From Psilocybe cubensis (taxonomy: Eukaryota): DNA of 64,000 nucleotides. Shown here piece after piece: positions 1 to 16,598 of this stretch. The stretch spans positions 1,922,001 through 1,986,000 of the forward strand of contig CM039004.1 of assembly GCA_017499595.2 (NCBI GenBank), written 5' to 3'. The notes beneath the pieces are model-generated. The model was not told the DNA's origin. It worked only from the letters and a program-made list of their open reading frames with translations, and searched no databases. The position numbers were made by a program, and so were the translations under genes. The first letter of the stretch is position 1. Each line of letters starts with the position of its first letter.

Positions 1-2091
1 TGCCACTCATTTTGATATTTCCCATCCTGCACCACATATCGCGACCCTTACATCCCACGCCTTTCCTATTTGCTTCACTGTTATCCCCGCTTCTCTTCAA
101 ACTGACATTGCATCTAAATTTAGAATATCTCTACCTTCCGGCGGTTAGGACACAATATGCCTCAGAATTCGGACATCTCATTCGCATTTTGTCGATATAT
201 GCCAAAATTGAGTGCGCGCTCGACGAAGGCAATGGTATGTAGGGTAGCATTATCTCTACGACAGCCGCTCAAGTTGATCTGTTTTAGATCCAGCAACAGC
301 TGCCAATTCTGATGCGGCACTCAAGGAGGCCCAACTAAAGATGGAGGTTGGTTGCATCTGATGTACCGTGCCGCCTGACGTACACCTTCATTGACGTGCA
401 TATCCGCCATTGCAGGAATGGGATCGTACACTGCCCGAACATCTCCGCTTCTCTGAGCAAAGCCTCGAGGTTCAGAAATCCATGTTCGAAACGAGTTCTA
501 ATACCGGCGCATGGTGTTGGGGTTGCATACACGTCTATCATGCATCGTGCGCCCTCGCCCTGAATCTTGTGATTACTTTTCCTTTTCTGTTCCTTTGCAC
601 GGAATCTGCTTCATTTTCTCATGTGACCCACTATGGGTAATTCTTTATTTGCAGGCTCGACAACGCACAATGCGTGGACCCAAGACTGAGCCCTCATGGG
701 CGCTCCAAAAGATAGAATTGATCTTGAAGATGCTCGGCGATCGTGCTAAAAACAGTATTCTCAGTTGCGTATCGAGGTTTCCCTTCTTCCTTTCTTGATT
801 CGTCTGGCTAAAGTTAGTTTTCTTCATTCCACCCATTTTTAATATTTATTAGTGGGCTCCGCTCTTTGGGTGCGTCATGCCTGTTTCATAATCACTACTT
901 TGTCGCCCTTACTAAATCCATCACCTTTGTTTTTCCCAGTCGTTAATCAAATATTGCAAGAGAGATGATGCTATCGTCCGAAAATGGGCAGCTGAATATG
1001 AGGAAGAAGTTGGAACCAAAATATTCGAACTTGTTCAGGATTGGAGGACCCAACCATCTCCTCCACATCAGCACCAATATCCATCTCATCCTCATCCTCA
1101 TCCTCAGTCGTCGCAGCACGTTCAAAAATACCAGCAACAACCGCATGTTCAACAAAATCCGTATACCCAGCAGCATCTTCACCGACGGATCTCGGACGCA
1201 CGACATCCTGGATCCAATTCACAAGTTGTTCTCAAGACGACCAACTCCAACGTATCTCGACCGCCACATCATCAACATTCTTCCGATTCCTCATCGTATG
1301 GCAACGACGTCTCGAGCACCCAAATCATCAAAAGGTCTTCAAGTCACTCTCCTCCTTTGTCGTACTCCCTTGGCCGTCAATCAAACGCTGGTGGCCACAT
1401 GAACCGTTCCTCGACCGTATCAACACAATATTCCTCCGCTGGTTTCTCTGAATCTCTTAACAACAGTAGCAACACTGACAGGGACGTGCGAGGACAATCT
1501 TCTGCCAATAGCTCTGGCCTCATTCTTTTACATTCACCGGTGTCCGGTCCGAATAGCAACGAACCTTCAGTTCCGAAGCAGGGCATTCCAGAGAAGTATC
1601 ACGGGAGGGAAGTAAACGTAAATCACGCTCGATGGTCCCACAGTAACGGCGAGACTGTCGGTTCTGCTGACGTAGGGAAACAATCAGCTTACTCAGGTGG
1701 TACAAAATCTTCTGGTGATCCAGGTGGACCTCCCCTGCCGTCTAGTGGAACAATCGCTGGAGGAATGGTCAACAGTAGCGCCGAGTCCGGCCAAAGGAGT
1801 TTTTCCAGTCTGGGAGATGGAAATCAGTCATTGCCATCTCTAAAGGCAAGCGGCTTGTTGGATTCGTGGGGTTCTTCAAGGACGTCAGAACCGCATAGCC
1901 AAAGTTCCAGTGGAAGTTCGCAAAAGCCTCATTCTATTACATCGCCGCGGAGAACGCCTCCTGGAAGCAGCACCTTAAGTGGGTTGATCACTTCTTCCCA
2001 TGCTAGTTTGCATTCAGATGCAGACTTGCGTCCTCATACAAAGCTTGCCATGCCGGTGGGGCTGCAATGGCTCGCCAATGAGTCACGATAA
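1..2091 (+). CDS. Fungal transcription factor, probably Zn2Cys6-type (middle and C-terminal part only; 5' end outside window), multi-exon
   Basis: Spliced exons give SEFGHLIRILSIYAKIE..WDRTLPEHLRFSEQSL..WCWGCIHVYHASCALALN, typical of the fungal TF middle homology region. A His/Gln/Pro/Ser-rich tail ends LQWLANESR* at 2091. The DNA-binding domain is not visible. Confidence 0.6.
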
Positions 2092-2465
2092 CTAACAGCT
2101 CATCTTCCCATCATTTTCATTGAGTTGAACTCTCTTTTTGATTTTTTTTTTGCTTTTTTGGTTTGTATGATTCTTACTCTTGACCCAAAACACTCTGTAT
2201 TCTCATCAGCTATCGACCTGTTATACGTATAAACTCACGCCATTCCATCTTGCTTCAATTGTTATCAATCGCGTTCATGTATGTAGCATTTTCATCACTC
2301 ACAACTCATGCATTCAGTAATCTCCTAAGTTTATGACGATTTCCATATCTTGTACCGATCCCACATTTTTTGTCACTCCAATAGCACGTAGTATAGAGTT
2401 AGAATGCTATTATTATTGTTGGTCCATGGTGAATGTACAATTGTGAAAGAATAATAAATCCACGA

Positions 2466-3001
2466 TTAGGCGTTTAATTTCTTGAGGTTCCGGTGGAGTT
2501 CTGGTTGGACCAAAGTCGCCCTTGTGAGAAGGGTATTGACCACTTCGTCTTTCTTCTTGTTAAAAACAGCTTCGATCTCCTTAAGTTTAACTTCCGTGTC
2601 CTTGTCCAAGGCAGCCTGAGTCGTAGATGTTGTGCCAGCGTGCTTTCAGAAGATGAGTGTCTGCGGCATTGCTAATACAAGACGCCAAACATACCGATGC
2701 CTCGTATGCCTTGAACTCCTGTTCCTTTGCCTTCTTATATTCCTCTATCTCTTTCGTGGCTTCAGCACGAGCATCCTTCAGCTTCTGCACGCGATCTATG
2801 CAATTTTGTTGTCGTGAATGTAGACAAGGATGACAAGGAGGGTAGCTTACATTGGCGAGCTTGTTGCACGATCTTTGCTGCTTCCTTCTCAGCCTCCAGA
2901 AGCGTTTGGATGCTTTGCGATTGTTGGGCTGCCTTTGAGTGTCATTGTCCCATAAGTTCGCTTGATTTGCTACTGCATCGGGATATACATTGACATACCA
3001 T
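2466..3001 (-). CDS. VMA10: V-type proton ATPase subunit G
   Basis: ATG-only first exon (2999-3001) followed by a GTATGT donor. Then AAQQSQSIQTLLEAEKEAAKIVQQARQY/RVQKLKDARAEATKEIEEYK..., ending LHRNLKKLNA*. Confidence 0.93.
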
Positions 3002-5385
3002 TCGGTGGTCGCTTTCTCCTAAGGTGATTTCAAACCCCGCAACTAGAGGAAACACCTGACCCATCTATCGCTAAGTGCCGCCGGCCTCACCTGGCAAGTT
3101 GAAGTGACCTGTATACATACGCGCTATTCACTTCTTCGATTCCCCATTGAGAACGGTGCTCTGGAAGTCCCATATTCATTTGTTCTTTTCTAAACCTCAA
3201 GTGATTTCACGATGAAATTTTCGAGTTGACCGCTATCTATTATTCGATTCTCATCTGTCCCTGTATGCTGTTCTTCAAATTAAGTTTCTCTTCCGCTACT
3301 TAATGCACACCAGTCTAAAACGATGGACTACTTGTGATTAACGCCTGTTATACAATGGATAGTCTTCTTCCTGTATACTAGCGTCATGGCAGGCAGAGTC
3401 TACATCTATAGATGATTGTGATATGCAACTACGCAACTCTATGTAACCTGTTCACCGCCACCGCATTCCCCTAAATGCTACTGAATCTGTAAACTTCATC
3501 ATTTCATCTGGATTAATGTTGGCCTGATCCTTAGCAATGTTATCTTGACTGGTGGGATATGTCTCGCTGAAAAATCGCGCAACGGTCACGGTGGCTTCCT
3601 CTTGACTTACTTGACGTGTACTTCTGTGTCCCAATGGCAAAGTCGAGAAGCTGTTTACCCATGCCAGTTTGGCCATAAAAGCCTGGCAAATGTAATTAAT
3701 CGTCGCAAGAATCAATGGCTACTAGTATGGCATTGGTATGACCCCATTGAACTATACTGTAAATGACTGGCAGAGCTCGTATATCTCTGGTACCTCCATC
3801 GAGTATCTTGAGCTTTAATGGGAGATGAGGCAAAGCTCACAACATACGGGTATATTATATTTATGGTCTCTCACCTACTGCAATTACATTCTCAGGCAAG
3901 CTGTTGTATCTGTATAACGATTGTTGAGATCAGGTTCACACCCCAAATTTAAACACTCTTGTTTCGTAGTACACCTTACATCTCGGAGTACGGCTGGCGC
4001 TCGTCAAGACCGACAATGGTAAAAAGAAACGTGCCATTCTGAGGTAGAGACATTCAACAGATCTGATATTAGATGGAAGGTCGACAAACGATTGACAAAA
4101 TAGTGCGAAAACTAATACCATCTACTTCACAGGGAAAATCATTGTTCGCCCATGCTGCGAGTGTTGCACCAGTGACTAAGTTTCAATTAGCTCACGAATA
4201 GCTGAGGCGTACGAATTCGTACCTTTATCTCTCCACATGGACGTTCCGACCTTCATCCAGGGTTTACTTGAGTGATGGATAGGAAGACTTCAATTTCCGA
4301 AACCGAGGTAGCTGGGCACAGATATCCGCGGTGGTAAGTATTATGATGACGTTTATCACAGGGCCTTGCGTGTACTCATGATATTTTCTTCGTTGACATC
4401 CTGGTTTTTCGTATATTGAAACAGTGGCGTGGGGTTCTGCTCTAGAAAATTTCCCGAGATGCCCAAGCCCAAAAAAGCACTCCCTCTTCGAGAACGTTAA
4501 AATAAGTACAAATTTTTATGCGACACTAATGGCTACCGTCTTTTGTCCCAGATATACTGACGGTTAGCCACTCAGCCTTTGATAGTAGGGCAGGGTGCGC
4601 AGACACAGCGGCAGAAACAGAGGCATCGTGTTACAAATACATCAAAGTAAAAGATACCAAGGCTGCGCAAGACAACAATATCAGGCGGAGATAGTGGGCG
4701 GGTGGGCCAACAAGAAGGGTCCAGGAAGTAACTGATGGCAAGGCTATTAGGGGATCCAGAGCTCAGCCGTAGGCTCGGTGTTAAATATATCGAAAATCAC
4801 GCAGCTCGCTTTTTTGGTATACGAAAAGGGATGGCAGATTAAAGGGACAGTGGCAAGCCAAGTCATATTAGAAGGAACCAGAAACTTTGCCAGCCAGGTC
4901 CATAACAGCGCAGGGAAAAAAAGAGACCTATTTTCTTCCAAGCAAAGGATTATCCAAGAGCAAAAGCACCGTTCTATTGTTCGACATCCAAGTGGTCCAT
5001 CGCATTTTAAGTCATACACAAAGCGACGGCTTCAAGGCCGAAACCAAGGCAGGCCAAAATGACCGAGTCATTGAGCAATCAAGGTAAATTTTAGCTCGAT
5101 TCCCTGTCCTTCGAAACGCCAACAAAGTGAGCTGGTAGCTAACAGATCGGGAATTCCGCGATTCGCGAAACATTGACAGCTGATTATGAACAATACATAA
5201 TAGTCTCCGCCTATTATGTTTGATAGAAATGAGCAGCAGAAGCGAGAGCAGTCCGCGGACTGATGCCAGTGAACTTTGGACATGATGCGCGATTGTAATG
5301 GGTGAGGTCTAAGCGTGGTTCGATTACCCGGAAGCGCTTAATTTGTATCATCACATGATGTACAGGAGGGGGCACCTTTAAAACT

Positions 5386-6523
5386 GGGGTTGCACAATCC
5401 CTGATAGCGTGACAGGCAGGCATAATCACGCGTCACGCAAGGTTTTGTCACAAAACCTGATACATGCCTATATTTCTTCATTTCAGATGATTACCTTCTT
5501 ATAATTCAGCACTAATGAAGTCTAACACACATATAACACACATTTCAGTCTTAAAAGTAGGGCGTTAATGCAAATAGTACATGGAATAAGCCATTTACCA
5601 AAAATCACGTGATGATCACAAAGGAGAACTTACAAGCTGCAGATCTGAGAAATATGGTATGGAATTTGAGATGAGAATAGACATATTGGCTTTAAAAAAC
5701 CGAGCATTTATCATCTTAAATCATGAAAATCGGTGCAGAATTCATGTAGATATGCTCTCTCATCTAAACATGGTCGATGCCTGAATGACACACCCAAAAA
5801 TAGACGCGGCTGAGCGTGGCTCCCGCTCCAAGCCATCCAAAGGCCAAAAATTGTTACAGGTGTAAAATGGTCAATTCTTCACCAAATCTCATAAATTTAA
5901 CTGCGCTGGAATGCTGTTTTAAAGGGAAATTTAGTTCAGTAATATTTAATGTAATCCATAACATATATGGTATATATAATGGTAGTTATATCAATCCATA
6001 ACCAGTATTTGGCTATCAACTCATTACAGCCTCAAATCTGCAAGTGGATTTGCAGACATAAAGTAATCTAATTTTCATATGCTACAACTCTATCAGAGCA
6101 GATTTTTTATATTGTGCTTCTAAGTATGCTAAAGTGCCTATATTACACGTATATCTCAGAAACCAGGAAGAATTTCAAAATCCGGCTCTGATAGATCGAT
6201 TCCAAATTCAATTCTAATGAAAAAAACTCTACAGATCATACCTATATGTATATTTCCTGAGGAGATAATGCATAAACATCTTTGAGGTCTAAATTTGGCA
6301 GGCAAAACACCTTGATCAAGCATTTAAAACACGTTGACAAATTTTTACAACTAATTAATACCATAGGTTTAGAGATAAACTACGTTCTGCCTCTATTAAC
6401 ATAAAAAATGGAGCAACCTTGATTTGTGCAAAGCACAAACTCGATGTCTCAAGAAATTGCCTGGTCACAGGTGTGACCTCGCCTGTCACTCGATGTCACA
6501 CTAACCGGGGATTGGACATCCCC
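5386..6523. mobile_element. Non-autonomous TIR DNA transposon (MITE/MULE-like), ~1.14 kb
   Basis: Imperfect ~30 bp terminal inverted repeats: 5386-5414 GGGGTTGCACAATCCCTGATAGCGTGACA vs reverse complement of 6494-6523 GGGGATGTCCAATCCCCGGTTAGTGTGACA. Flanked by TTTAAAACT / ATTAAAACT (candidate TSD). AT-rich interior with no recognisable coding capacity. Confidence 0.65.
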
Positions 6524-7100
6524 ATTAAAACTTGGAGCATTCGCCTTGCATTCGACGTCAATTAAATCCAAATCCCTATTCTTCATTATTTTCCAGAGGA
6601 ACTGAAGTATACAACCATCATGCATCCGAAGGGTTCATCCATTTTGCTGTACATGACAATTATCACTGATTTTTACTCACCAATTATATCACATTAATCT
6701 GTGCGAACGCTATTAGGATGAGCTAGTAAAGCGAGCTTGATATTATCTGAAGAAAGGAAATTTTGCATAGATTGTCATTGTCGTATCTCTCAATCATTTT
6801 ATTTTCAGGTAAACTGAACTGCCTGTAAATGACTTTGTTGGACAGAGCCTTTTGAAAAGGGCTTTGAATTATTGAATCCAGGAAACAGCTTGACATGGGA
6901 GCCTGACGTATTTTCTCGTTAGTAAGAAACCAGAATGTTGGAGGAGGCAAAACGAGGTTGTGAATGTGGAAATCAAGTTGCAAGTCGCGAAGCGCGGTGC
7001 CTATAAACGAGCGTTGATTACATAATGTACACCTATAGCTTCTGTCTGTGCAGACTCTTTCGTTTGACGGCGGTACTGTAGGGTATTACAGAGATCCCAG

Positions 7101-10100
7101 ATGGCCAGTACGTCCAATGACCCACTCCAGACTCTCCAGGCTGCACTTTCTGCACCTGCCAACTCACAGGAACAGGCGAATCTGCTTGCTACCTTGCGTG
7201 AATCTCTTGAAGCCAATCCAGCTCCCATTCCCATACTTGTTCAAACACTCATTAATGTCGTCGTGAATTCCGGAGATTCTCTTCTTAAGAGATGGATTCT
7301 CGACCTCTTACACTTCGCGATATGTCGCTCTTCCCTTTCATTGGATCAGAGAACCCAAAGTTAGTCTTAAAATCGAAATAAGTTCTGTCAGACGATCGTT
7401 ATTTATGAACTTGTTTTCAGTGGCCGTAAAGGCGTTGGATACTCTTGCCCAGCTTCTGGATGACCCTCAGCCCGCCATTCTTAAAGTCACCATACAATGT
7501 CTAGCGTCCGTGTACCCACTCGTTTTCCGTCACCTGTAAGCAGTGTATCAAACTCGACGACGGTATTTGTTGTAATAGCTCTTTGAAGATGCACCAACCG
7601 AACCAACCCTGCGCCATGGAACATCCTCTCATCTTGCAAGTCGCGCATTATCGACTTCGCCTTCAATCCCAATGTTAATGCTGGTGTTAAACTTTCGGCT
7701 ATAAAGTTTGTACAAAGGGTTATCTTGGTGCAAGTGCGTGGTATATCAGATCCCAGAGTGCGTCTTCTCCGAATGCATTTCTTTCATACCCTTGCTAATT
7801 TCAATTCAAGCTTCAAAACAAAAATGACCCAAACATATCTTTTTGCCCTGTCGACCATCCCTTTATCATAGTTGGCAAACTTGAAGCAGAGGGCCAGAAA
7901 TTACTCGAAACCTTGGCTACACTGTTGTTTAGCAGCCAGTGAGTTTGGCTATCATTCCATTAATGATCTACTCTAACGTATACTATTAGCGATGTCGACC
8001 TCCTTTCTGCATTGTTGAACTCATGGGCGAATCTTATTAAGCAACGTCCTGCTACCCTACCGCTGGTTGTTACCACTTTACGATCTTGGACCCCCGCAGC
8101 TTTGGTTGGGCTTTCAGCGTCTAGTGTGCGAAGTGTTGAGAAGGCTGTTCGAATACTCTTGACTCATATATCCCGGTATGTCATATGTTGCTCGTCCGAT
8201 TGAAGTAACACGGTTGATATCGCAATTAGTTTGCCAAATAGCGCCCCATTTGTCCCACAGATCAATGAAGCAATCAGCCAACAGACTATACGTATGGAAA
8301 AGGCTGCCGCTGAAGAAAAAAAACGTAGAGCTCTTGCAGCAGAGAGCCGTAAGCGACCGTCCTCTAACGTAAATGAACCGTTAGAAAACAAGCGTATCAA
8401 ACTTGAAAGCGAAGCTGCCAATTCCTCATCCGCCGCACTCCTTGCCGCTTTCGACTTCACATCCCTTCCGGCCCCCCTCATTACTAATCTTATTGTCGCG
8501 AACCTGGAAGCCTTTACAGAGCCACAGTTGATCGCGATGGTCGATGCCTACAGGCAGAGTCGAGGACTTACTGTGACATCTACTCACTCCATCGCATCAG
8601 ATAAATACTCTGTTTCAGAACCCAACGCCTCTGCTCCATCTAAACCGATTGTTGGACATGAAGGTGCTGTCCCATCTGCTCGCAAGAGTGGGGTATCCGT
8701 TGAAAAGAGTCAAACACCTCTGGTTGAACCATCTGAGCCTGTAATAAAGGATGAACCTGTTGATCCCCTGAAGATGGACATCGACGAGGAGGAGCTTGAA
8801 TATGAGCCTGAGAAGTTGAATGAAGCAGTAAGCGGTAAAACTTTGACGCTTGGTATTTACCTGACCCATCTATCAGCTTTCAGGTGCACCAGAAATTGGA
8901 AACGATTTTGTGGACACGGGAATTGCCCCCACTGTCACAGATTTCCAGCTTGTCGACTTTAAGCTACCACCACCTCGAGAACTCACAAATAGCGATCGTA
9001 CGAAGCTTGTTAATGCTTCAATATCTCGAGTGTGGGATGGAGCCGAAGAACTTAACGAAATTGGCGATGGGCTATCACCTGAGTCGATTCAAGCTGGAGG
9101 GAATTCCCCATCCGAGATGTGGATGCTTCTCTTGGTGCGAATGATAACTCGAGTGGCTGAACCACCTTCAGATCTCGACGGGGACACGGCTATGGGTGAT
9201 ACTAGTTCCAGTCTCGTCGAGAATGATTTCTATGTACGACAGGATCAACTTCGCCAGACGCTTTGCGATTACATCATGACCGATTTCCCTGCTCGGTAAG
9301 GTTGAAATATGGTTAATCTTTTCCCATGGCTAACCTTTCATTTACTTGTCGTAGTGTACGATTGGCGACAACATGGATGAACGAAGAATGGTATAACGAT
9401 CAAATTCGTTCGATGAAAAATCGAAGCTGGGTAAGCCTTTGGACTTTATAACCCTGACGCTATCTCACAGTGTCCGTTAGCGGCCTAATTACGACACATG
9501 GCTAAATCAAATTGTCGTTTCATATCAAACAATGTTGGACGGAAAGGACAAAACCTTCGCTCGATTCTTGTTAGATCTTCCACTGGTACCCAATGATGTT
9601 CTTGATCTACTTCGTGATCTATGTACAGACAGTTCAAGGTAATTTACTTCTATCTGTAAAATATTTCTCTGCTCATATTTTTGCCAGCCCTGATAGGATG
9701 CAGGTTGGATTTACAACGTTACGAGGGTTGGTCAATCAAAGACCATCTCTACGCATGGAAGCACTGAACGTTTTACTTGAGTTGACGACTCACCCAGGTG
9801 GGTTCTTTTCCCTTTTTTCCCATTCTGTCTAACTGTTACCCTCAGAAAAACGAATCCGAGGTGCAGCTATCAATACAGTCAAACTTTGGGTTCCAAATTT
9901 CCCTCCTATGGAAGGAATGGTCCGAGAATTTGCTTTGCAAATGTTGCGCAAACTTCAGTTGAGATCTGAAAACCCGTCGCAACCCCAAAATGACGTCATT
10001 ATGAAGAACTCCGACCAAAGTGTCAAAGACAACTTTGACAACGACGTTTTTAGCTCGAATGAACCACTAGAAGAAGGCCAGGATGGCCAATCGTCACTAG

Positions 10101-11428
10101 AGGATCTTGTGCATACCCCGTATTTACCCGAGCGTATAGAACTTCCTGCGCAAAAATCACAAGTCCTTCAACATGTCGAACTCCTTTTCGCGCTTTGCGT
10201 TAAAGTGCCAGAATTTTTGGACAGGTGCGTAATTATTCTACTTTTCTTGATCCTTTTCTTATTCATAACATTTTAAAGAATATTTGAAGCATATGTCAAC
10301 ATGGACCAGACAGTGCAAGAAGCTATTCAGGATTTGATTACTGCTCTTATTCGATCATTAGGCTCGAACCACGGCAAACTTCTGACGTTGATGCGACAAT
10401 TCCCCGTAGGGGCAGAATCACTGGCTCTTCGCATTATGACCATCTTTACAGAACATGGGCGACCTAGCTCACAACTTGTCGCTTTGGTAAAGGCTCTCAT
10501 CAACGAACGTGATCTTGATGTCAGGTTCCTTATTCCCATTATCGCCGAAATGGATAAGGTACAGCGTTTGGTTATCTCACGCATTGGTGTTTGTTAATTG
10601 TATGTCTGTAGGCGGACATCATGCGTTATCTGCCACGCATCGTTTCTAGTCTTAACGGCCAGCAGGAACCAAAAAATCTTGTTCGCTCTGTGTTCAGTTC
10701 GATTGTGACAACTCCTCCTCAATCATTTGGTAGCGTGTCGTCGAATCTTCCTCGAGTGAGACAAAGCGAACTGCTAACGCCTGCGGAATTAATGGTGCTT
10801 CTGCACGAATCGGAAAAGGAACATGGGTTAAAGAGAAAAAGCGCAATAGAAGGTAGGAATCCTTTAGTAATTTTGCATCCATATGTTCTTAAGACTTGCA
10901 TAGCGATTGGGATATGCTTTTCGATGACGGATGTATTCCGTTCAGAGGTTCTTGCTGTCGTCATGCAGCAGATCATGGATGAGCCAGTGCTCCCCGTTCT
11001 TTTCATGAGAACGGTAAGTTGCTCTCTGAATGTTTAGATGTGTGAGCACATGCTTAAAGAAACTTCAGGTCATCCAAGCTGTCACGACATATAAATCTTT
11101 GGTTGGATTTGTCTCAACAACCCTTTTCTCCCGCCTCATTACCAAAAAAATTTGGACAAATCCTCCATTATGGGAAGGATTTATTCATTGCGCCAAAGTC
11201 ATTGCCCCCGCTAGCTTTGGTGCTCTATTGCAGCTTCCCAAAGACCAACTTCGGGAACTCGTGGACAAGCAGCCTAGCCTAAAATCCGGCTTGAGAGATT
11301 ATGTCACAAAGAAGGCACCCAATAAAGCTCGGGGAGCAGGATTCCTTGATATTTTTGGTGAACCAGATGAAAGCACACCTTTGCCTCCAACTCCCCAGCC
11401 ACCGGAAATATCAGCTGCTGAGTCATGA
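7101..11428 (+). CDS. PTA1: Symplekin/Pta1, mRNA cleavage and polyadenylation scaffold, multi-exon
   Basis: N-terminal HEAT-like exons, a VKLSAIKFVQRVILVQ motif, WMNEEWYND, and the symplekin C-terminal segment (LPVLFMRTVIQAVTTY..LITKKIWTNPPLWEGFIHCAK). Confidence 0.88.
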
Positions 11429-11856
11429 GTACAGGCATTGGTTGTTAACATCTTTATTTTTTGAATTCATGGATATGCATTACTAGGCATCACTCAATCT
11501 AATGAATTTGTAGTATAATACCGCTAGTAGTCAATTAAAATCTGTAATTCTGACTGGATCCGCTTTTTGATACCGGTTCGAGGAAGTAAAATGAAAACAA
11601 ACAAACAGCTTATCTACACATTACACAGCCAATCAGTCGGAAATCCTGACGCAATCTATGCCTGGCAAACTTGTATGTGCCTTTAATAACAACATTCAAG
11701 TATTCCAACACGACACGTTTCCGGCGACTTGAACATAACAACTTGTTTTTGGCTTGAAAGACACGACCACCTGCGGAAACAAATCTGTCGGGGGCCCAAG
11801 TCATCAATTACCCGCGCAGTCGTTCTCGTTCCGTCCATCTTCGTCTTATCTAACGC

Positions 11857-14562
<2,706 letters not shown>

Positions 14563-15022
14563 AATGTACATATTTATGATTGTCCTGTAGTTATTTAGTG
14601 ACCCTTGATCTTATGTATGACTGGCGGACACTTGTTGAATCAATGCTGATACATACATTAGCATTATAGTACACACTTTTATTTAATACACTATATAACT
14701 GTGGATGGTACAACGCCAGTAGGCTCACTAGTGCTTCCGGCCTAAATTGACTGAGGAAGACTTGCCGCAGATGCAACAAAAATCCAAAACCAACGCCGCT
14801 TCAAGTATTCCACGAAATCTGGCTCAAATGCCGCAATGATTCAAATCAACCAAGAAGAATGTGTGGTTGCTTCCGATGCAAACTGTACCTCGTAAAGAGA
14901 ATCAGCGATGGGAGGAAGGTGTGAGCATACAATTTCAGCCAACTTTCCCCTCAAAAAGCTTCTGGCTGCGCAAAGATACTCCAATGCATAATGGGAGCAA
15001 AGCAAACAAAATTGGTATACAA

Positions 15023-16145
15023 TCAATCTCCCAAAATATTCTTGATTTCTAGATAACTGGTTAATATAGCCGAAAGTAGAGAAGAAAGGCGACATACTGT
15101 CTATTATGTCCAAATAAGCCGTTGTAGCTGGACTGTCGGGATATTCGTCTAAAAAGCTAACACCATAGTCGGCGCTCATTCCTATCCGTGGGTCTAAGGG
15201 AACCGCTCCAAGGAATTCGATATTGGTCTCTTTGGCAAGATTTTTGCCACCACCTGTACTGGGCTTGAAGATCTGGGATTCATTTTTACATTTCGGACAC
15301 ACAAATCCAGACATGTTCTCCACTAATCCGAGGATGCGGATTCCGACTTTTCTGCAGAAATCAATCTCACGCCGGACATCTTGTAAAGCCACTTCTTGAG
15401 GGGTCGTGATAAGGACTGCTCCGTCAATCCCGCTTTCTTTTAGGTACTGGACGATGCTCAAGTGTTCATCGGACGTTCCGGGCGGGGTGTCGATGAGGAG
15501 ATAGTCCAGGTCGCCCCAGTCTACGTCCTTCAGGAACTGGGATATCAGGCCGTTCTTTTTGGGACCTCTCCACATTACAGCATCGCGCGAGGTTGGTAGC
15601 ATAAAGCCCACGGACATCACAGCCATGTTATCCTGCACGTAAACGGGAGACCAGCCGGAAGATGAGGAATGTACTTGTTCGTTCGCGATGCCAAATATTG
15701 TTGGTATTGAAGGACCACATATATCCACATCCATGATTCCAGTCTAAAACATAGAAATTCAGCGATTGGTTGTTATACGTCAATGGTTATAACGTACGCA
15801 CCTGGGTATCCTCATCGGCGGCAAAAGCCCAGCCTAGTTGTGCAGTGAAAGTGGACTTGCCAACTCCTCCCTTGCCTGATAGAACGAGGATCTTTCTCTT
15901 CACGGACGCCATGCGCTCCTTGATAAATGGGAGCGATGGGTCTGGAAGTTTAGTTGCGCCCGACGCGCATATTTCTTTATTATCACACCCTGCACAGGCG
16001 TCTGATTTGCCCGCTTGCTCCGACTCCGTGCCCTAGAAATTCAAGCTCAATCACTGTTGCATTAGCAAAAGGAAAAAAGGAGACACACCGGACAGTGTTC
16101 AGGAGCGTTCGATGGTATTGACTTTGGATCTGGGACTGCAACCAT
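15023..16145 (-). CDS. NBP35: Cytosolic Fe-S cluster assembly factor Nbp35 (P-loop NTPase)
   Basis: N-terminal Cys cluster ([26 protein letters not shown]), [29 protein letters not shown] and [11 protein letters not shown]. Confidence 0.93.
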
Positions 16146-16598
16146 TTGTCGATGGTGAGTGTAAGGCAGAAAGCTTGATCAGCAATGGACTCTTCCAAGT
16201 TCAAGCGGATTAATAATTAATTGGGCCCGTTACCAACCCGTGGGAAGTATGTCTTAGTATAGGAATTATTTCTATTTTTGAGATTGATTGTCTGGATAAT
16301 GATACAATGTAATTTTGGCCATTGATTTTTTGGTCTAATGGCTGGGTGGGTGGGGCATCATGCCAGGGTATAATGTTAAGTATCGAAAATGTTCGTCCAT
16401 GTCATACTATATATACTGAAAAGAAAGTATGTGGGCAAGTGATGGTAAAGTACATTTAATGATTCAAACAAACAAACAAAAAAAAAGTTAGAAAGTCAAC
16501 AAGGTATCTGAAAGCACCAGACGGGTGTTAGGGAATACTGTGTGAGATTGGATATAAACATGAATGAAGTGATGCAGCGAGAACAAGGGGCGAATGCA

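Noticed and set aside
1080-1105. (CTCATC)n repeat
   Set aside because: Ordinary coding microsatellite (His-Pro run) in the transcription factor tail.
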